Source: Chloropicon primus (taxonomy: Eukaryota). Taken from it: 64,000 nucleotides of DNA. The DNA is taken from the NCBI GenBank assembly GCA_023205875.1, contig CP060760.1, positions 124,001 through 188,000 of the forward strand, in the 5' to 3' direction. The notes under the pieces were generated by a model. That model ran no database searches, was not told the origin of the DNA, and worked only from the letters and a program-made list of their open reading frames with translations. This document shows, piece by piece, positions 44,943 through 55,873 of the stretch. Position numbers and translations under genes: made by a program. Position 1 is the first letter of the stretch; every line of letters begins with the position of its first letter.

Positions 44943-45107
44943 TCTCTCTCTCGAAGGGGCGACGACGATGGAGATGGAGAGCTGAGGGGAGGCAACAACC
45001 GCGGACGCTTTCCCACGGAAGGAAGATGGACCCATGCAGAATCGATTCCATCCACTTACCTTGGTGAGGTCCGCTAATTGACTTCCGTACAAGTCCAGGA
45101 CGCTCAT
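43864..45107 (-). CDS. SDS22: PP1 regulatory subunit SDS22/PPP1R7 LRR protein (introns 44842-45059, 44479-44583)
   Basis: Series of SDS22-type LRRs (LEELYLSFNGLTKIEGL; LKELWLGKNKIEEV) with LRR cap LYLEGNP...YR...LPKLEKLD. Confidence 0.85.
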
Positions 45108-45757
45108 CGGGGCCACGCTTCAAAAGTGTTCCTTTCCTCCCTCGATCCAAAAGAAAAGACCTTCCGAGCGTCAATTCGCTCGAGGCAGGTGTCGTTGGAA
45201 AGATCTCGAGACGAAGATTCACCTGGTATCGTCGACGCAAGAATTCTCGCTCTCCTCCCCCCTCTGATCCGCCTCTCCTCACTTCCCTCCCTTTTGCTTC
45301 GTCGCTTCGGGTGCGTTGGTGCGTTCATCCCAGGGACACGATTGATCGTTTCTGGCGGGGACCAGGATCCTCCTGGCTTCAAGGTGAGCGGGTTTATCGA
45401 TACTAAAGGGGACGGGAAGGGAGATGAGAAGCGTTGGTTGGAATCTTCGTGTCTTTGTCTTTCCAAAGAGCCCTCACTTGACAAGAATGGCTTCGTGGTG
45501 AGGATGTTGTGAGGAACTGAAACGAGTGATCTTTGCCTTGCCTTGGTGCTGCCCAGGGGATACAGGAGCACAGGAGAGGGAGGGACGGAAGCACTGGGGG
45601 TGGCGACGGGAGGGAGCGGCCTCGGAGGGAGAACGTAGTGAGAGAGAACCTCGCGGCGTTTCGACTGACTCACCTCGGTCGACGATTTTGTGTGCAGTGA
45701 GAACGCTGTTCTGCATAACCCATTCGAACGGGACAGTTTGGAAGACAAACGAAGAGC

Positions 45758-46537
45758 ATGGACTTGCTGGGAGCACTGGGCGAATGGAAGGCCATGGTGG
45801 GAGGTGCCTTGGCGGGAGGGAAGGAGGAAAAGTTCAGCGGGGCGTTCGACTTTGATGAGGAACAGGTGGAGCTGCTGAAGTTCACCGGGACAATATCCCT
45901 GGTGGGTTTTACCCTCTTCATGGTGCTGAGGTTCGTGTTCCTGAGGCACCTTTCCGCAGATTTCAGCAACCGCTGCGTTTCGATTTTGCACAATTTTGTT
46001 GCCCTGGCCTACTCTGTGTATCTCGTCAACTGGAGCGACCCTTTCGCAGACGTGGGGAGGGCGTCCACTCCCCTGGAGGCAAAGGCCTTGGCGATCAGCT
46101 TGGGCTACTTCTCGTACGACTTTTTGGTGTGCCTCTTCATCGAGGATGACATCACGGCCCACTTGCACCACGTTGTCTCGATATCAGGCCTGGTCTTGGG
46201 CTCCATCTACAAGAGGGGAGGGTACGAGCTCATCGTTTGCATGGTGATGGCAGAGTCGACGGGCCCCATGATGCACCTGAACTATCTCTTCAAGGAGCTC
46301 AAGCACACTGGGTCTCACGTGACGGCCAACAAGACGGCGTTCTCCGTCATCTTCTTCGTGGCTCGCATCCTCTTCGGGCCAGTCCTTGTGTACCACACGG
46401 TGAGGTCCCCCACCTCACCAATACTCGTCAAACTGTCCGGAGTGGCCCTAGAGGTCGTCAGCGTGTTTTGGTTCTACAAGCTGGTGAAGATCTTCATCTA
46501 CAAGATGAGAGGTGGGAAGCAGGCGAAGAAGGACTGA
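45758..46537 (+). CDS. TLC (TRAM/LAG1/CLN8) domain membrane protein, TMEM136-like
   Basis: NRCVSILH, SLGYFSYD, HLHHVVS, AESTGP, FFVARI. Confidence 0.85.
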   Translation: MDLLGALGEWKAMVGGALAGGKEEKFSGAFDFDEEQVELLKFTGTISLVGFTLFMVLRFVFLRHLSADFSNRCVSILHNFVALAYSVYLVNWSDPFADVGRASTPLEAKALAISLGYFSYDFLVCLFIEDDITAHLHHVVSISGLVLGSIYKRGGYELIVCMVMAESTGPMMHLNYLFKELKHTGSHVTANKTAFSVIFFVARILFGPVLVYHTVRSPTSPILVKLSGVALEVVSVFWFYKLVKIFIYKMRGGKQAKKD

Positions 46538-47046
46538 GGCACCAAGTCTGAGTCCGATCCATCGGCAGACCCAAAGCCCTCGACTGGATACTTGATGCGA
46601 CAGAGGCGTGTTGCGAATATCGAGATGGATATGGATCGAGGAGGAGAGAGGAGGGACACAAGGGATGCCACTTCGGAGCAACGTTGTCGTTTCCTTTCAT
46701 GTACCGTTACCCTCACCTAAGTTTATCCTTGCTTGCTCTCGTTCACCGCCAACTCCTCGGCTTCGGCTCGTCTCTGAAATCACCAATCACCTGATCACCA
46801 ATCAATCATCAATCACGTTCATCGGTCGGTCGTTCCTGTCAAGCAAAGGCTTTTTCGAAAGAGGGAGATGCGATTCATCCGGCATTTCCTCCCACCACCT
46901 CCCCCCTCCTCGTCCTCGGACCTCCCTCCATCGCCAAACCTCGCCATCCCCTCCCCTTGCCTTCCCTCGCCTCGGCTGGTTTCCAGCAGAGCAAACCAGC
47001 AGCAGGGTGACGGCGCAAACGACGGCGAAGGGGTTTGCGTGACACA

Positions 47047-48681
47047 ATGGCGAGAACGAGGAGCGCTGCTCGCGACAAGGACGACGGCGAGGGGGAGGGG
47101 GAGGTCCGCGTCGAAGACCTCCGCGGGATCAGTGAGAACTTGGTCCTCGGTTCGAGTCCTGGGAAGCGCAAGTCTCGCAAGAAAGCATCGCGGGTTGATG
47201 ATGATGTTGTTGTTGTTGATGATGATGATGATGATGATGGAGAGGGGAAGCGGAAGAGGAGGAAGGAGGCGACGCGAGCGGCGGAGTTGGAGGACGAGCT
47301 GTTCGGTCGGCCGACGTTCGCTCCGTCTGCGGAGGACGAGGACGACAAGGCGACGACTTCTGGTGACGCGGAGCCGGAGGCTCTTTTCGTGATCGACACA
47401 GAGGGTGGACGAGAGACGGCAGCAGTGGAGGAGGAGGAGGGCGGGGCGAAGGCGAGGAAGCCGGCTTGGGTGGACGAGGGGGAGGAGGATGTCGTAGTGG
47501 ACCTGGTGGGCGAGTCGCGCCGCCGAAAGCTTCGGAAAGACATTGGGGAGAACCAAGTCGGCGGGAGTGTCTTCGCAGAGAGGCTGAGGGAGAAGTACAA
47601 GGAGCTGGGCAAGGGGAGCCACTCGTGGGCGGAGCTGTCGTCCAAGTCGAGATCGGCAGAGGGGGAGGAGAGGGCCAAGGACGCGCTGCTGAGGCAGACG
47701 GGAAGTCTGCTGTCGAGGCGGACCTCCGTCCTCCAGCCTCAGGTCGTTGAGGCGACGAGGGTGAAGGACGGGAACGTCGTCGAGCCGGCGAGCTGCGTCC
47801 TTCAGGCGATCGATTTCCACCCCAAGTCTCTCCTCATGCTCACTGCGGGCTTCGACAAGATGCTTCGATTGTTCGACGTCGATGGGGTCCACAATCCAAA
47901 GGTCAGGGCGGCCTTCTTCGAGGACCTGCCGATCAGGAGGGCCAAGTTCATCGACGAGCAGAGCGTCCTTTGCACGGGAAGGAGGCCGTACTGCTACAAG
48001 TTCAACGTCGAGACCGGCTCGATCGAGAAGCTTTCGGGGATCTCGGGGTTCGAGAGGTCCAGCCTGGAGAACTTTTCCGTGAGCACGGAGCTCAAGTGTC
48101 TGTCGTTCTTGGGGCGCAACGGCGAGGTCACGCTGGTCTCGTCCAAGACCAACAGGAAGGTGGCGGATCTCAGGGTCGACCACCGGGCGACCTGCGCCGC
48201 CTTCACCTCGGACAGGGAGCTTATCGCGACGACGAGCAAGGGGGAGGTGAGCCGGTGGGACCTTCGCACCTACAGGTGCCTGGACAGGTTCGTCGACGAG
48301 GGGAACCTGAACGCCACGTCCCTGGCGGTTCACCCCTCTTGGTGCGCCATAGGGTCGGAGAGCGGGGTCGTCAACGTGTACTCGGGGGGACTGTCGTCCA
48401 GCAAGCCAAAGAAGGCGATCATGAACCTCACGACCAAGGTCGACGCCCTGTCCTTTGACCAGACCGGGTCGATCCTCGCCATGTCGTCCTCCATGAAGAG
48501 AGACTCCCTGAGGCTGGTGCACCTCCCCACCTGCACGGTCTTCGCCAACTGGCCCACGTCCAAGACCCCGCTCCACTACGTTCACTGCACGGCCTTCAGC
48601 CCGTCGACCGGCTACGTCGCCGTCGGCAACGCGAGAGGAAAGTGCCTCCTCTACAGGCTCAGCCACTTCCCGGAGGGCTAG
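47047..48681 (+). CDS. UTP18: U3 snoRNA-associated protein 18 (WD40)
   Basis: KPAWVDE, FHPKSLLMLTAGFDK, GSESGVVNVY, LRLVHLPTCTVFANWP. Confidence 0.92.
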   Translation: MARTRSAARDKDDGEGEGEVRVEDLRGISENLVLGSSPGKRKSRKKASRVDDDVVVVDDDDDDDGEGKRKRRKEATRAAELEDELFGRPTFAPSAEDEDDKATTSGDAEPEALFVIDTEGGRETAAVEEEEGGAKARKPAWVDEGEEDVVVDLVGESRRRKLRKDIGENQVGGSVFAERLREKYKELGKGSHSWAELSSKSRSAEGEERAKDALLRQTGSLLSRRTSVLQPQVVEATRVKDGNVVEPASCVLQAIDFHPKSLLMLTAGFDKMLRLFDVDGVHNPKVRAAFFEDLPIRRAKFIDEQSVLCTGRRPYCYKFNVETGSIEKLSGISGFERSSLENFSVSTELKCLSFLGRNGEVTLVSSKTNRKVADLRVDHRATCAAFTSDRELIATTSKGEVSRWDLRTYRCLDRFVDEGNLNATSLAVHPSWCAIGSESGVVNVYSGGLSSSKPKKAIMNLTTKVDALSFDQTGSILAMSSSMKRDSLRLVHLPTCTVFANWPTSKTPLHYVHCTAFSPSTGYVAVGNARGKCLLYRLSHFPEG

Positions 48682-49426
48682 GACGACGACCTGACTGGAG
48701 GTTGGAGGATCGGGAGCGCGAGTAATTTATGTTTTCTTATATATTAGATATCTTCGCCTGGTCATCTGATCAGGAGAACGATCTTTGCGTTCTCCGTCAC
48801 CGCGTTTTGCACGGACTTCTGCAACCTTCCCAGAGAAAATTTGTTCACCATCCTTGGGGACATCTTCCAAGCCACTGCGGCGCAGATGCAAGCGAACACG
48901 CCCACTTGCGCGTATGTCACGACCTCCTCGTCCTTCATCGACCGCCCGAAAGGGTTAGTCCGATTCTGCAAAACCTTTTCCACGTCACCCGTCCCTCCTG
49001 TAACAGCAGCACCAGGCAGCTCCCAATCTCTCCTCTTGCGATGAGCTAATCAATCTGGCTCATTGATTGTTGAAAAAATCTGAAACGACAAACGAAGCAG
49101 CTCGCGTTTGTTTGGGGCGAAGGCGAAGGTGAGTTGGCGGACGAGAGCGACGACGACGACGACGACGACGGGGTTCGAGAACAGGCGCGAGTCGAGGAGT
49201 CAAACGCCTTGCCTTTTCCTCTTTCGTCTCACCCCTCGGTCAAACGGAGTGAACTGAAACGACGACGATTCTTCGTCCTCATCATCTAAACATCAGCTTC
49301 TTCACCTCCAACGCGGTTTGGCAGAGGGCGGAGGCGAGGGGTGGCATCGATCGGGACGTGTTCGAGGGTCTTTCCGCTTCTTCTACGACTCGAGCGCTTC
49401 CGCTTCTTCCGCGACCTTCGATCTCT

Positions 49427-49465
<39 letters not shown>

Positions 49466-49500
49466 GCGAAGACGTTCGACGAAACGGTCGTCGAGAGGAG

Positions 49501-49893
49501 ATGCTGAGGTCGTCGAGGTCGTCGAGGTGCCTGGCGACGGAGGAGGTGGAGGGGGAGTGGCACGTGGTCAGGGGCTACGGGTCGTCGTCCTCGTCGTCGT
49601 CCTCGGGGAGGAAGGGGCGAGGGTCTCGAAGCCTGAGCAAGAATCTTAGCATCCAGCTCATCACTCTCGCAGCTGTGAACCGCAGCATAAACTCGCAGCA
49701 GGACAACCTGGAGAGGATGAGGGAGCGGATAACTTCGTCTTCGTCACCGCCCCCCTCCTCGGTGGTGTGCGACCTCGCCACGTCGGACCTCTCACTCGAC
49801 CCTCTCCAGGTCTTCCAGTGCTTCGACGACGCGATCGTGAACATCGACGCCCAGGTCAAGAAGTTCCATCAAGCTTTTTATTTGTTCGAGTAG
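49501..49893 (+). CDS. Small hypothetical protein
   Basis: ATG-initiated 130-aa frame filling the spacer, with coding-like codon bias and helical segments; no family recognised. Confidence 0.4.
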   Translation: MLRSSRSSRCLATEEVEGEWHVVRGYGSSSSSSSSGRKGRGSRSLSKNLSIQLITLAAVNRSINSQQDNLERMRERITSSSSPPPSSVVCDLATSDLSLDPLQVFQCFDDAIVNIDAQVKKFHQAFYLFE

Positions 49894-49982
49894 GTCTCCT
49901 ATTATAACTCTCGTCGTCGCGAGCCGTGTAACATTATACTCCCAAAGGTTTCTGGTTCTACCGCGCTTGCACGCGCACTTCG

Positions 49983-52169
49983 TCACTGCTGGTCCAGCTG
50001 CATCAGCCACTTGGAGTCCTTGTACCTCCAGTCCCGCCTCAGCACCAGCAAGATGTCGTCCACGGTGATGCTCCTGTTCTCGACGGACCCGCTCGATTGC
50101 GCAAATCTCTTCAGGAGGCTGGACTTGTCGAGCAGGGTCCCGGACTTGCCCGCGGCGGACTTGGTGGGCGTGGACTTCTTCGCCCCGCTCCCCCACTTGT
50201 TCCACTTGGCGTCCGCGCCTCCGAGGACGGCCATGGTGGCCGCATTCGCGTCCTTGGCCAGCTTCTTCTTGTCCTCCTCCTCGATGAGCTTGTCCAGCTT
50301 CTCCTTGGTGGTGTCGTCCATGTCCTTCTTGCTCTTCTTCTTCTCTCCCTCCTTCAGCAAAGCGGCCTTCTCTGCGTTCTGCTTGGCCTTGGTCGCCGCA
50401 AACTCCCTCCTGTAGATCGCCGCCACTTCCTTCCTGGGGTCGTTCGTCAGGTTCACCATTCCGGACTTGACGAAGGGGATGGTCCTGGACGACATCACGT
50501 CCTTGGCTTTCGCCATGATGCTCCTCAAGTGAATCTCCACGCCTTCCGCCAGGGTCTCGAGCGCCCCAGCGTCGATGTCCAACCCAAAGAGCTTCAGGGA
50601 CTCGTTCACCATTCTCTTCTTCATCGCATGCGTAAAGATTCCGTCGTTGCTCTCGACGTACTGGTCCATGTAGGTCTTGATCCCCCTCCTCACGGGCTTG
50701 TGATCAAACACTTGCGCCGCAGCCAAGGCGTGCCCATTGTTGTTTTCTGCCGCCAACTGAGCTGTCCTCTCTGCCGCAGCTTTCCTCTTGGCGGCCGCTG
50801 TCTGCTTCCCCCTCACGACTTTCTTGGGCTTCTTCGCGGCGCTGGAGGCTTGCTCCGCCGGATCACCGTCGCTCCCCGCCCTGCGCTTCTTTCCCTTCGC
50901 TTGGCCCTTCTTCTGGCTGGGACTCAGGCCGTCCTCCGATTGCGGACTCTGCTGCTGGCCCGGAGGAAGCTGCTGCTGCTGCTGGCCGTAAAAGCCTTGG
51001 GGGTTCCCCCCCGGTGGGTACATGGACCCTTGGGCAGCCATGTAGTTTTGCTGCTGCATCCTTTGCCTCGCCTTCTTCTCCCTGTCCTTGTGGTAAATAA
51101 AAATGTAGATCACCCTCCTCCACAAGTACTCCAGGGTTTGGTGCCCCACCAAACGCAGCAGGGCCTTCAGGGCCTGCGTCTGGAGCTTGAAGTGGGCCGC
51201 CGGGGTCGACTTCTGGATTGCGAAGCCGAAGTTCACGTAAAGCGCGATGCACTTCATGTGGGTCTGGCTCCCCCTCTGCCGTTGAGACTGGTGCATCTCG
51301 TAAAGCACCAGCTTGAGAAAGTAGCCGGTGTACGCCACCTGAATCTTCTCAAACTTGTCAGGCCCGAGGACGTGCTCCTTCATGATCTTCAGAGTATGCT
51401 CCTGAAGCGTTTTGATCTGCTTCTCCTTTCCGTTGGTCTTGAGCTTCTCCAGGCCGTTTACGTACTCCCGAGCCACCCTCTGGACCCTCTCCAGGCGCTG
51501 GACATCGCTCTTGTCGTTCTGGATGTGCGCCCCCATCAGCTTGAGAGAGCACAAGGCGATGTCGTACTTTGGCGCAGCGTTGTAGAACTCCGTCAGCATC
51601 TGAAAGCTCGGCCCCCCGACGCCCCCGTAAAACGGGTAGGCCAAGAGTATCCTCTCAATGTTCTCCGGAGTGGGAAGCGGCTTGCTTTTTAATATGGTCG
51701 CCAAGGCCTCGTTCATCACCTGCTGCGGCGTCCCCCTCTGCGGCTGCCCCCCGACCCCCGGCTGGTCCGGCGCCATCGCCGGCCTGTACTGCTGCATTGG
51801 CATGCCCTGGCTCGTGGACGCCACCAAGAAAGGGTCCGGCTCCTGCATGCTCCTCTGCCTCGTCAGCCTGTAGTGCGCGGTGTCCTGCTGCGGCGGAGGG
51901 GCGTGCCCCATGCTCTGGGGCGGCATCATCATCTGCTGCGGGTGGTACCCGTGCTGCCTCGCGGCCGCGTACTGCTGCTGCATCTGCGCCGCGGCTCCTT
52001 GCGGGCCTCCCCTCTGAGGCTGCTGCTGCACGTACGATGGGGGATAGTTCGGGTACCTTCCCATGGGTGGCGCACCCATGGGTGTCGGGTCCCCGTACAG
52101 ATGCGCGTGCCCGTCGCTTTCCATCACCATCTTCGCCGCCTCATCGAAAGGGTCCGGGTGCCCTGCCAT
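49983..52169 (-). CDS. TAF4: TFIID subunit TAF4-like
   Basis: Q/P-rich N-terminus; histone fold LAEGVEIHLRSIM; ANAATMAVLGG...KWNKW; RSITVDDILLVLRRD. Confidence 0.75.
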   Translation of the reverse strand: MAGHPDPFDEAAKMVMESDGHAHLYGDPTPMGAPPMGRYPNYPPSYVQQQPQRGGPQGAAAQMQQQYAAARQHGYHPQQMMMPPQSMGHAPPPQQDTAHYRLTRQRSMQEPDPFLVASTSQGMPMQQYRPAMAPDQPGVGGQPQRGTPQQVMNEALATILKSKPLPTPENIERILLAYPFYGGVGGPSFQMLTEFYNAAPKYDIALCSLKLMGAHIQNDKSDVQRLERVQRVAREYVNGLEKLKTNGKEKQIKTLQEHTLKIMKEHVLGPDKFEKIQVAYTGYFLKLVLYEMHQSQRQRGSQTHMKCIALYVNFGFAIQKSTPAAHFKLQTQALKALLRLVGHQTLEYLWRRVIYIFIYHKDREKKARQRMQQQNYMAAQGSMYPPGGNPQGFYGQQQQQLPPGQQQSPQSEDGLSPSQKKGQAKGKKRRAGSDGDPAEQASSAAKKPKKVVRGKQTAAAKRKAAAERTAQLAAENNNGHALAAAQVFDHKPVRRGIKTYMDQYVESNDGIFTHAMKKRMVNESLKLFGLDIDAGALETLAEGVEIHLRSIMAKAKDVMSSRTIPFVKSGMVNLTNDPRKEVAAIYRREFAATKAKQNAEKAALLKEGEKKKSKKDMDDTTKEKLDKLIEEEDKKKLAKDANAATMAVLGGADAKWNKWGSGAKKSTPTKSAAGKSGTLLDKSSLLKRFAQSSGSVENRSITVDDILLVLRRDWRYKDSKWLMQLDQQ

Positions 52170-53169
52170 CCTTCTCCAACGCGGACGAGCAAGCACGGGC
52201 GAGTTCTAAAAACCTTTCGCGCCAACAAAAAACGAAAAGGGACGCCTTGTTCGAAAGTCCAGACGAGAGAGAGTCACACGGCAGAGGTCCAGTCCCATCA
52301 GACTGCCCTCCCGCAGACTCCTCTCCCTCCTCCCCGTCCTCCTCCTCTCGCGATCGCCGAGCTGGCCTTCCTCCTCGAAGCGAAACCCAAAACACCGAAC
52401 GCGTTCCTTGCTCCAATCCTTCGACCGAGGGGTCTTTCGAAAGCCCAGGAGACGCCCTCTCGCACTCTCCGCCTCGAACTCCCTCCCTCCCTCCCGCCGC
52501 TCCCCGCTCGAGACACCCCCTCCCCTCCCTCAAAACCAACCAACCCTTCGCATCAAGAGCAAAAGCAAAACCTTTCCCGTCAGTAACCCTCCACCCTGGA
52601 CGCCATTCTTTTCAAGTGAGGGGTCTTTGGAAAGCCCAAGAGAAGCCCTCTCGCCCTCTTCCCGTCCCCTTCCCAACCCCGCACCCCCTCGTACCAAAAA
52701 ACCGTCCTCAAACCTCACCTCTTCCTCGCGTTCCTCGTCGTGATCGATCGGGCGCGTTTTTTGGGAAACATTTTCGGAGTGTATGATAACACGTTTTTGG
52801 AGTGTACCCCGCCGCCGCCACAAAACCTATTTCCCTCCCCTCAAGATGGAATTAGCACTCGAGAAAAGGAAGCGAAAATGAATTGCGAAAAAAAAGAAGG
52901 CGTCGGCGGAGGAGAGAGAGAGACAGAGGGGGCGCACCTTTGAAGGTAAGTTAACTTTGGCTTGCGTTTTGGTGACGGTGACGAGGGGAAGGTGTGGTGA
53001 AGGAGCACACGGATCGATCCGCCTTGTTGTGTTCTTTCCAACGACCCGCTTCGTGGAAAAGCTCGACCAAGGGTGAGGAACTTACACCCCTCTTTGTTGT
53101 TCTGCTTGTTGTTCCTTTGGCGATGGGTAGGCGAGGTAGTGAAGAGAGTTGAGAAAGGAGCAAGACACA

Positions 53170-53837
53170 ATGGCTGACGGTCAACCAAAGAGGAGAACAT
53201 TCCGCAAGTTCACGTTCAGGGGCATCGACCTCGAACAGCTTCTTGACATGAACAAGAACGAGCTCGTGGACCTGTTCTGTGCCAGACCTAGGAGAAAGTA
53301 AGTGTCGCGTCGTTCGGTCCAACCCAACGCAACCCAAGCGACGAGGAGGAGGAGGAGGAGGAGGAGGAGGAGGACGTCGTTGATGATGCTCGTGTCCTTC
53401 CTCGATCACCCGCGCGCCTCCGTTTGCTGATGGGGAACGAACGAACGAACGAACGAATGAACGTCGTTTGCTGATGCGAATTTTTCTTTTTTGCTTGGTT
53501 ACGTTTGTCTCTCCCTGTGTGCGTTTTCAGGTTCCAGCGTGGCTTGAAGAGAAAGGCCCACGCCTTGATCAAGAAGCTTAACAAGGCCAAGAAGGATGCC
53601 CCAGCCGGAGAGAAGCCAGAGGCTGTTAGAACCCACCTGAGGAACATGATCATTGTTCCAGAGATGATCGGATCTGTCGTCGGTGTGTACAACGGAAAGA
53701 GCTTCAACCAGGTCGAAATCAAGCCTGAGATGCTCGGACATTACTTGGGAGAGTTCTCCATTACTTACAAGCCAACCGCTCACGGAAGGCCAGGTATTGG
53801 TTCCTCCACCTCTTCCCGCTTCATTCCATTGAAGTAA
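53170..53837 (+). CDS. RPS15: 40S ribosomal protein S15 (uS19; intron 53298-53530)
   Basis: [44 protein letters not shown]. Confidence 0.97.
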
Positions 53838-53972
53838 GAGGACGGGTTTACGTGCTCTAAAACGTTATATTGTAAGCAAACTTAGGGAAATTATAACAGA
53901 ACCGATGGCCGAAAGGATCGTGCCTGACGAGGAGTACGCTCAACTCCATAGATATGAATACGAATACCAGGA

Positions 53973-55595
53973 TTATTGTTTTTCACCGGCCATCACGGCC
54001 ATCCCCTGCAGGGCGACCTTCCTGTCCGCTCCCCCGCTCGCCAGGGTCCCAGCAGAGAACCAGTCCAGGCAGAGAGCCTTGTCGCCGTGCAGCTCGATGC
54101 TGTGCAGCGGCATCGAGCTCCTCATGTCCCAAACCTTGACGAGCCCGTCATAGTCGCAGGACGCGAAGTGGAAGGGCGAGGAGGGGCTCCACCGAATGTC
54201 CGCAACGACGGCCTTGTGGGACTTGAACGACTTCACGGTCGCCAGCGCCATGCCGGTGCCCTTTTCCTTGGCCCTGAAGGACTCCCTTGGATCCCAAACG
54301 GCGACGAGGCCGTCCGCTGACCCAAAGGCTAAGCTCAGGCTCCCGCTGTGCCCCGCGTCCCGGGAGGAGTCCAAGCAAAACAGGGCGCTGTCCCTGATGA
54401 GGTTGGAGACCATCTTGCCCTTGGAGACGTCGAAGCACTTGACGGTGCAGTCCCAGGACGCGGAACAGATGAGGTTCTCCTCGGGCCAGCACACGCTGGA
54501 GATGCACTGCTTGTGACCCTCGAGAAACGTCGTCTCCACTTGCTCCAAGCTAACGGTGTTCTCAGGGAGCTCCTCCGTCGCCTTCTTTTGCTTCTTCGCA
54601 GCGTTCAGCTGCGACCCGGCAATGTCCTCCTCGTCTATGCTCCACACCCTGACCTTTTGATCCCAACCGCCACTGCAGAACCTGCCGCAGCCAGGGCTCG
54701 AGGCGACGCTCTCCACTCCCCCGGTGTGGCCCACGAACTCAAAGACCTGGACGAGGTCGAGCCCGGTGGCCCCGGCCTTGCCGCCTGCCCCCTTCTTCCT
54801 CCTCCTCTTGCCGCCGTCCCCCCCCGCCTCTCCTCCCGCCTTGTTCACGAACCAGCCTCTCATGCTGCTGTCCTTCGACGCCGTGACCAAGATCTGACCA
54901 CCTCCGTGCATGGAGGAGACCGATGAATCGTCGCCTTGCGGCCCTTCCTCGCTCACCTTCACCACCGCCAGGGCAGACACCGAGTCACTGTGTGCGACCT
55001 TGCTCCCCTGCAGCACCTCGCCCTCGCCCGAAGAGGTCCTGTGCATGCTCACTCCTCCGTCGTAACTTCCCGAGAACAGCAAGTCTCCGTGACCCCGCAC
55101 CGCTCCAACCCAATCCGGAAGATCCAGCTCTTTCGGCTGAGAGCGCAAAGGCAGAGGTCAGTAAGGCATCGGGCGGCAATCCCATTCCCTGGACACCGGA
55201 GAGGCCAGCAACCACCGAAAAGGGATGGACCCATGGGTGTGTGCGTGTGTGTGTCAAAGCATTGCCTCGCGAGCAAAAGGAATACTTACCGGTTGCGGTG
55301 GCTCCAAGGCGAAGAAGTATTCGATCACGATGGTCTTCTCGACGGAGAGTCCCCTCTTCGCCAAGTGCCGGGCGAGCTCCCCTCGTAACAGCTCTCCCGA
55401 CACGAGAAAGTCGAAGACCTTTGGACCCTCTTCATCGTCCTCGTCCGCGGTGCTAAGGAGCGCGTTGATCGTCTGGCTCAAGCCGTAACGCGTCGAGTTC
55501 GAAGGAAGAGCGATATCCGTCGACGGCACCTTCAACTCGTCCGGAAGCTTCGTCACGAACCGGCACAGAACCTTCTGACTCGCATCCGTCTCCAT
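53973..55595 (-). CDS. WDR12: Ribosome biogenesis protein WDR12/YTM1 (NLE domain + WD40; intron 55137-55289)
   Basis: RYGLSQTINALL...FDFLVSGELLR...VEKTIVIEY NLE domain; DWV...SGSYDG; WD repeats. Confidence 0.9.
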
Positions 55596-55873
55596 CGTGG
55601 CGGCTTGGCTTGGTTTCCTGAATGAATTTGAGAGATTGGCCTCCTCGCCCTGGAGTCTGGAGTGCTGGATGGATGGAGTGGCCATGATTGCTTGGGTGTG
55701 TCCGTGCATGGTGGGGCCAGGACCAGGACCACCCCGTTTCTCAATTCTGGTTCTGGGTCCTGGTGCCTCTACCTCTCCTCTTTTGTATCAATCATGCATC
55801 GTAACGATCGAGGACAAGGGGGACAGGGGTGGATCGAGGCCTTCAACAAAAAGGGGCTTGGGTTGCTTGTCGC

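Noticed and set aside
37242..46537. Lipid-metabolism cluster (NAPE-PLD, LCAT-like, TLC protein)
   Set aside because: Interleaved with unrelated genes (MUTYH, DnaJ, SDS22); compatible with chance
48762..49049. Short minus-strand ORF with one hydrophobic segment
   Set aside because: No convincing start or upstream exon and no recognisable family; cannot be supported
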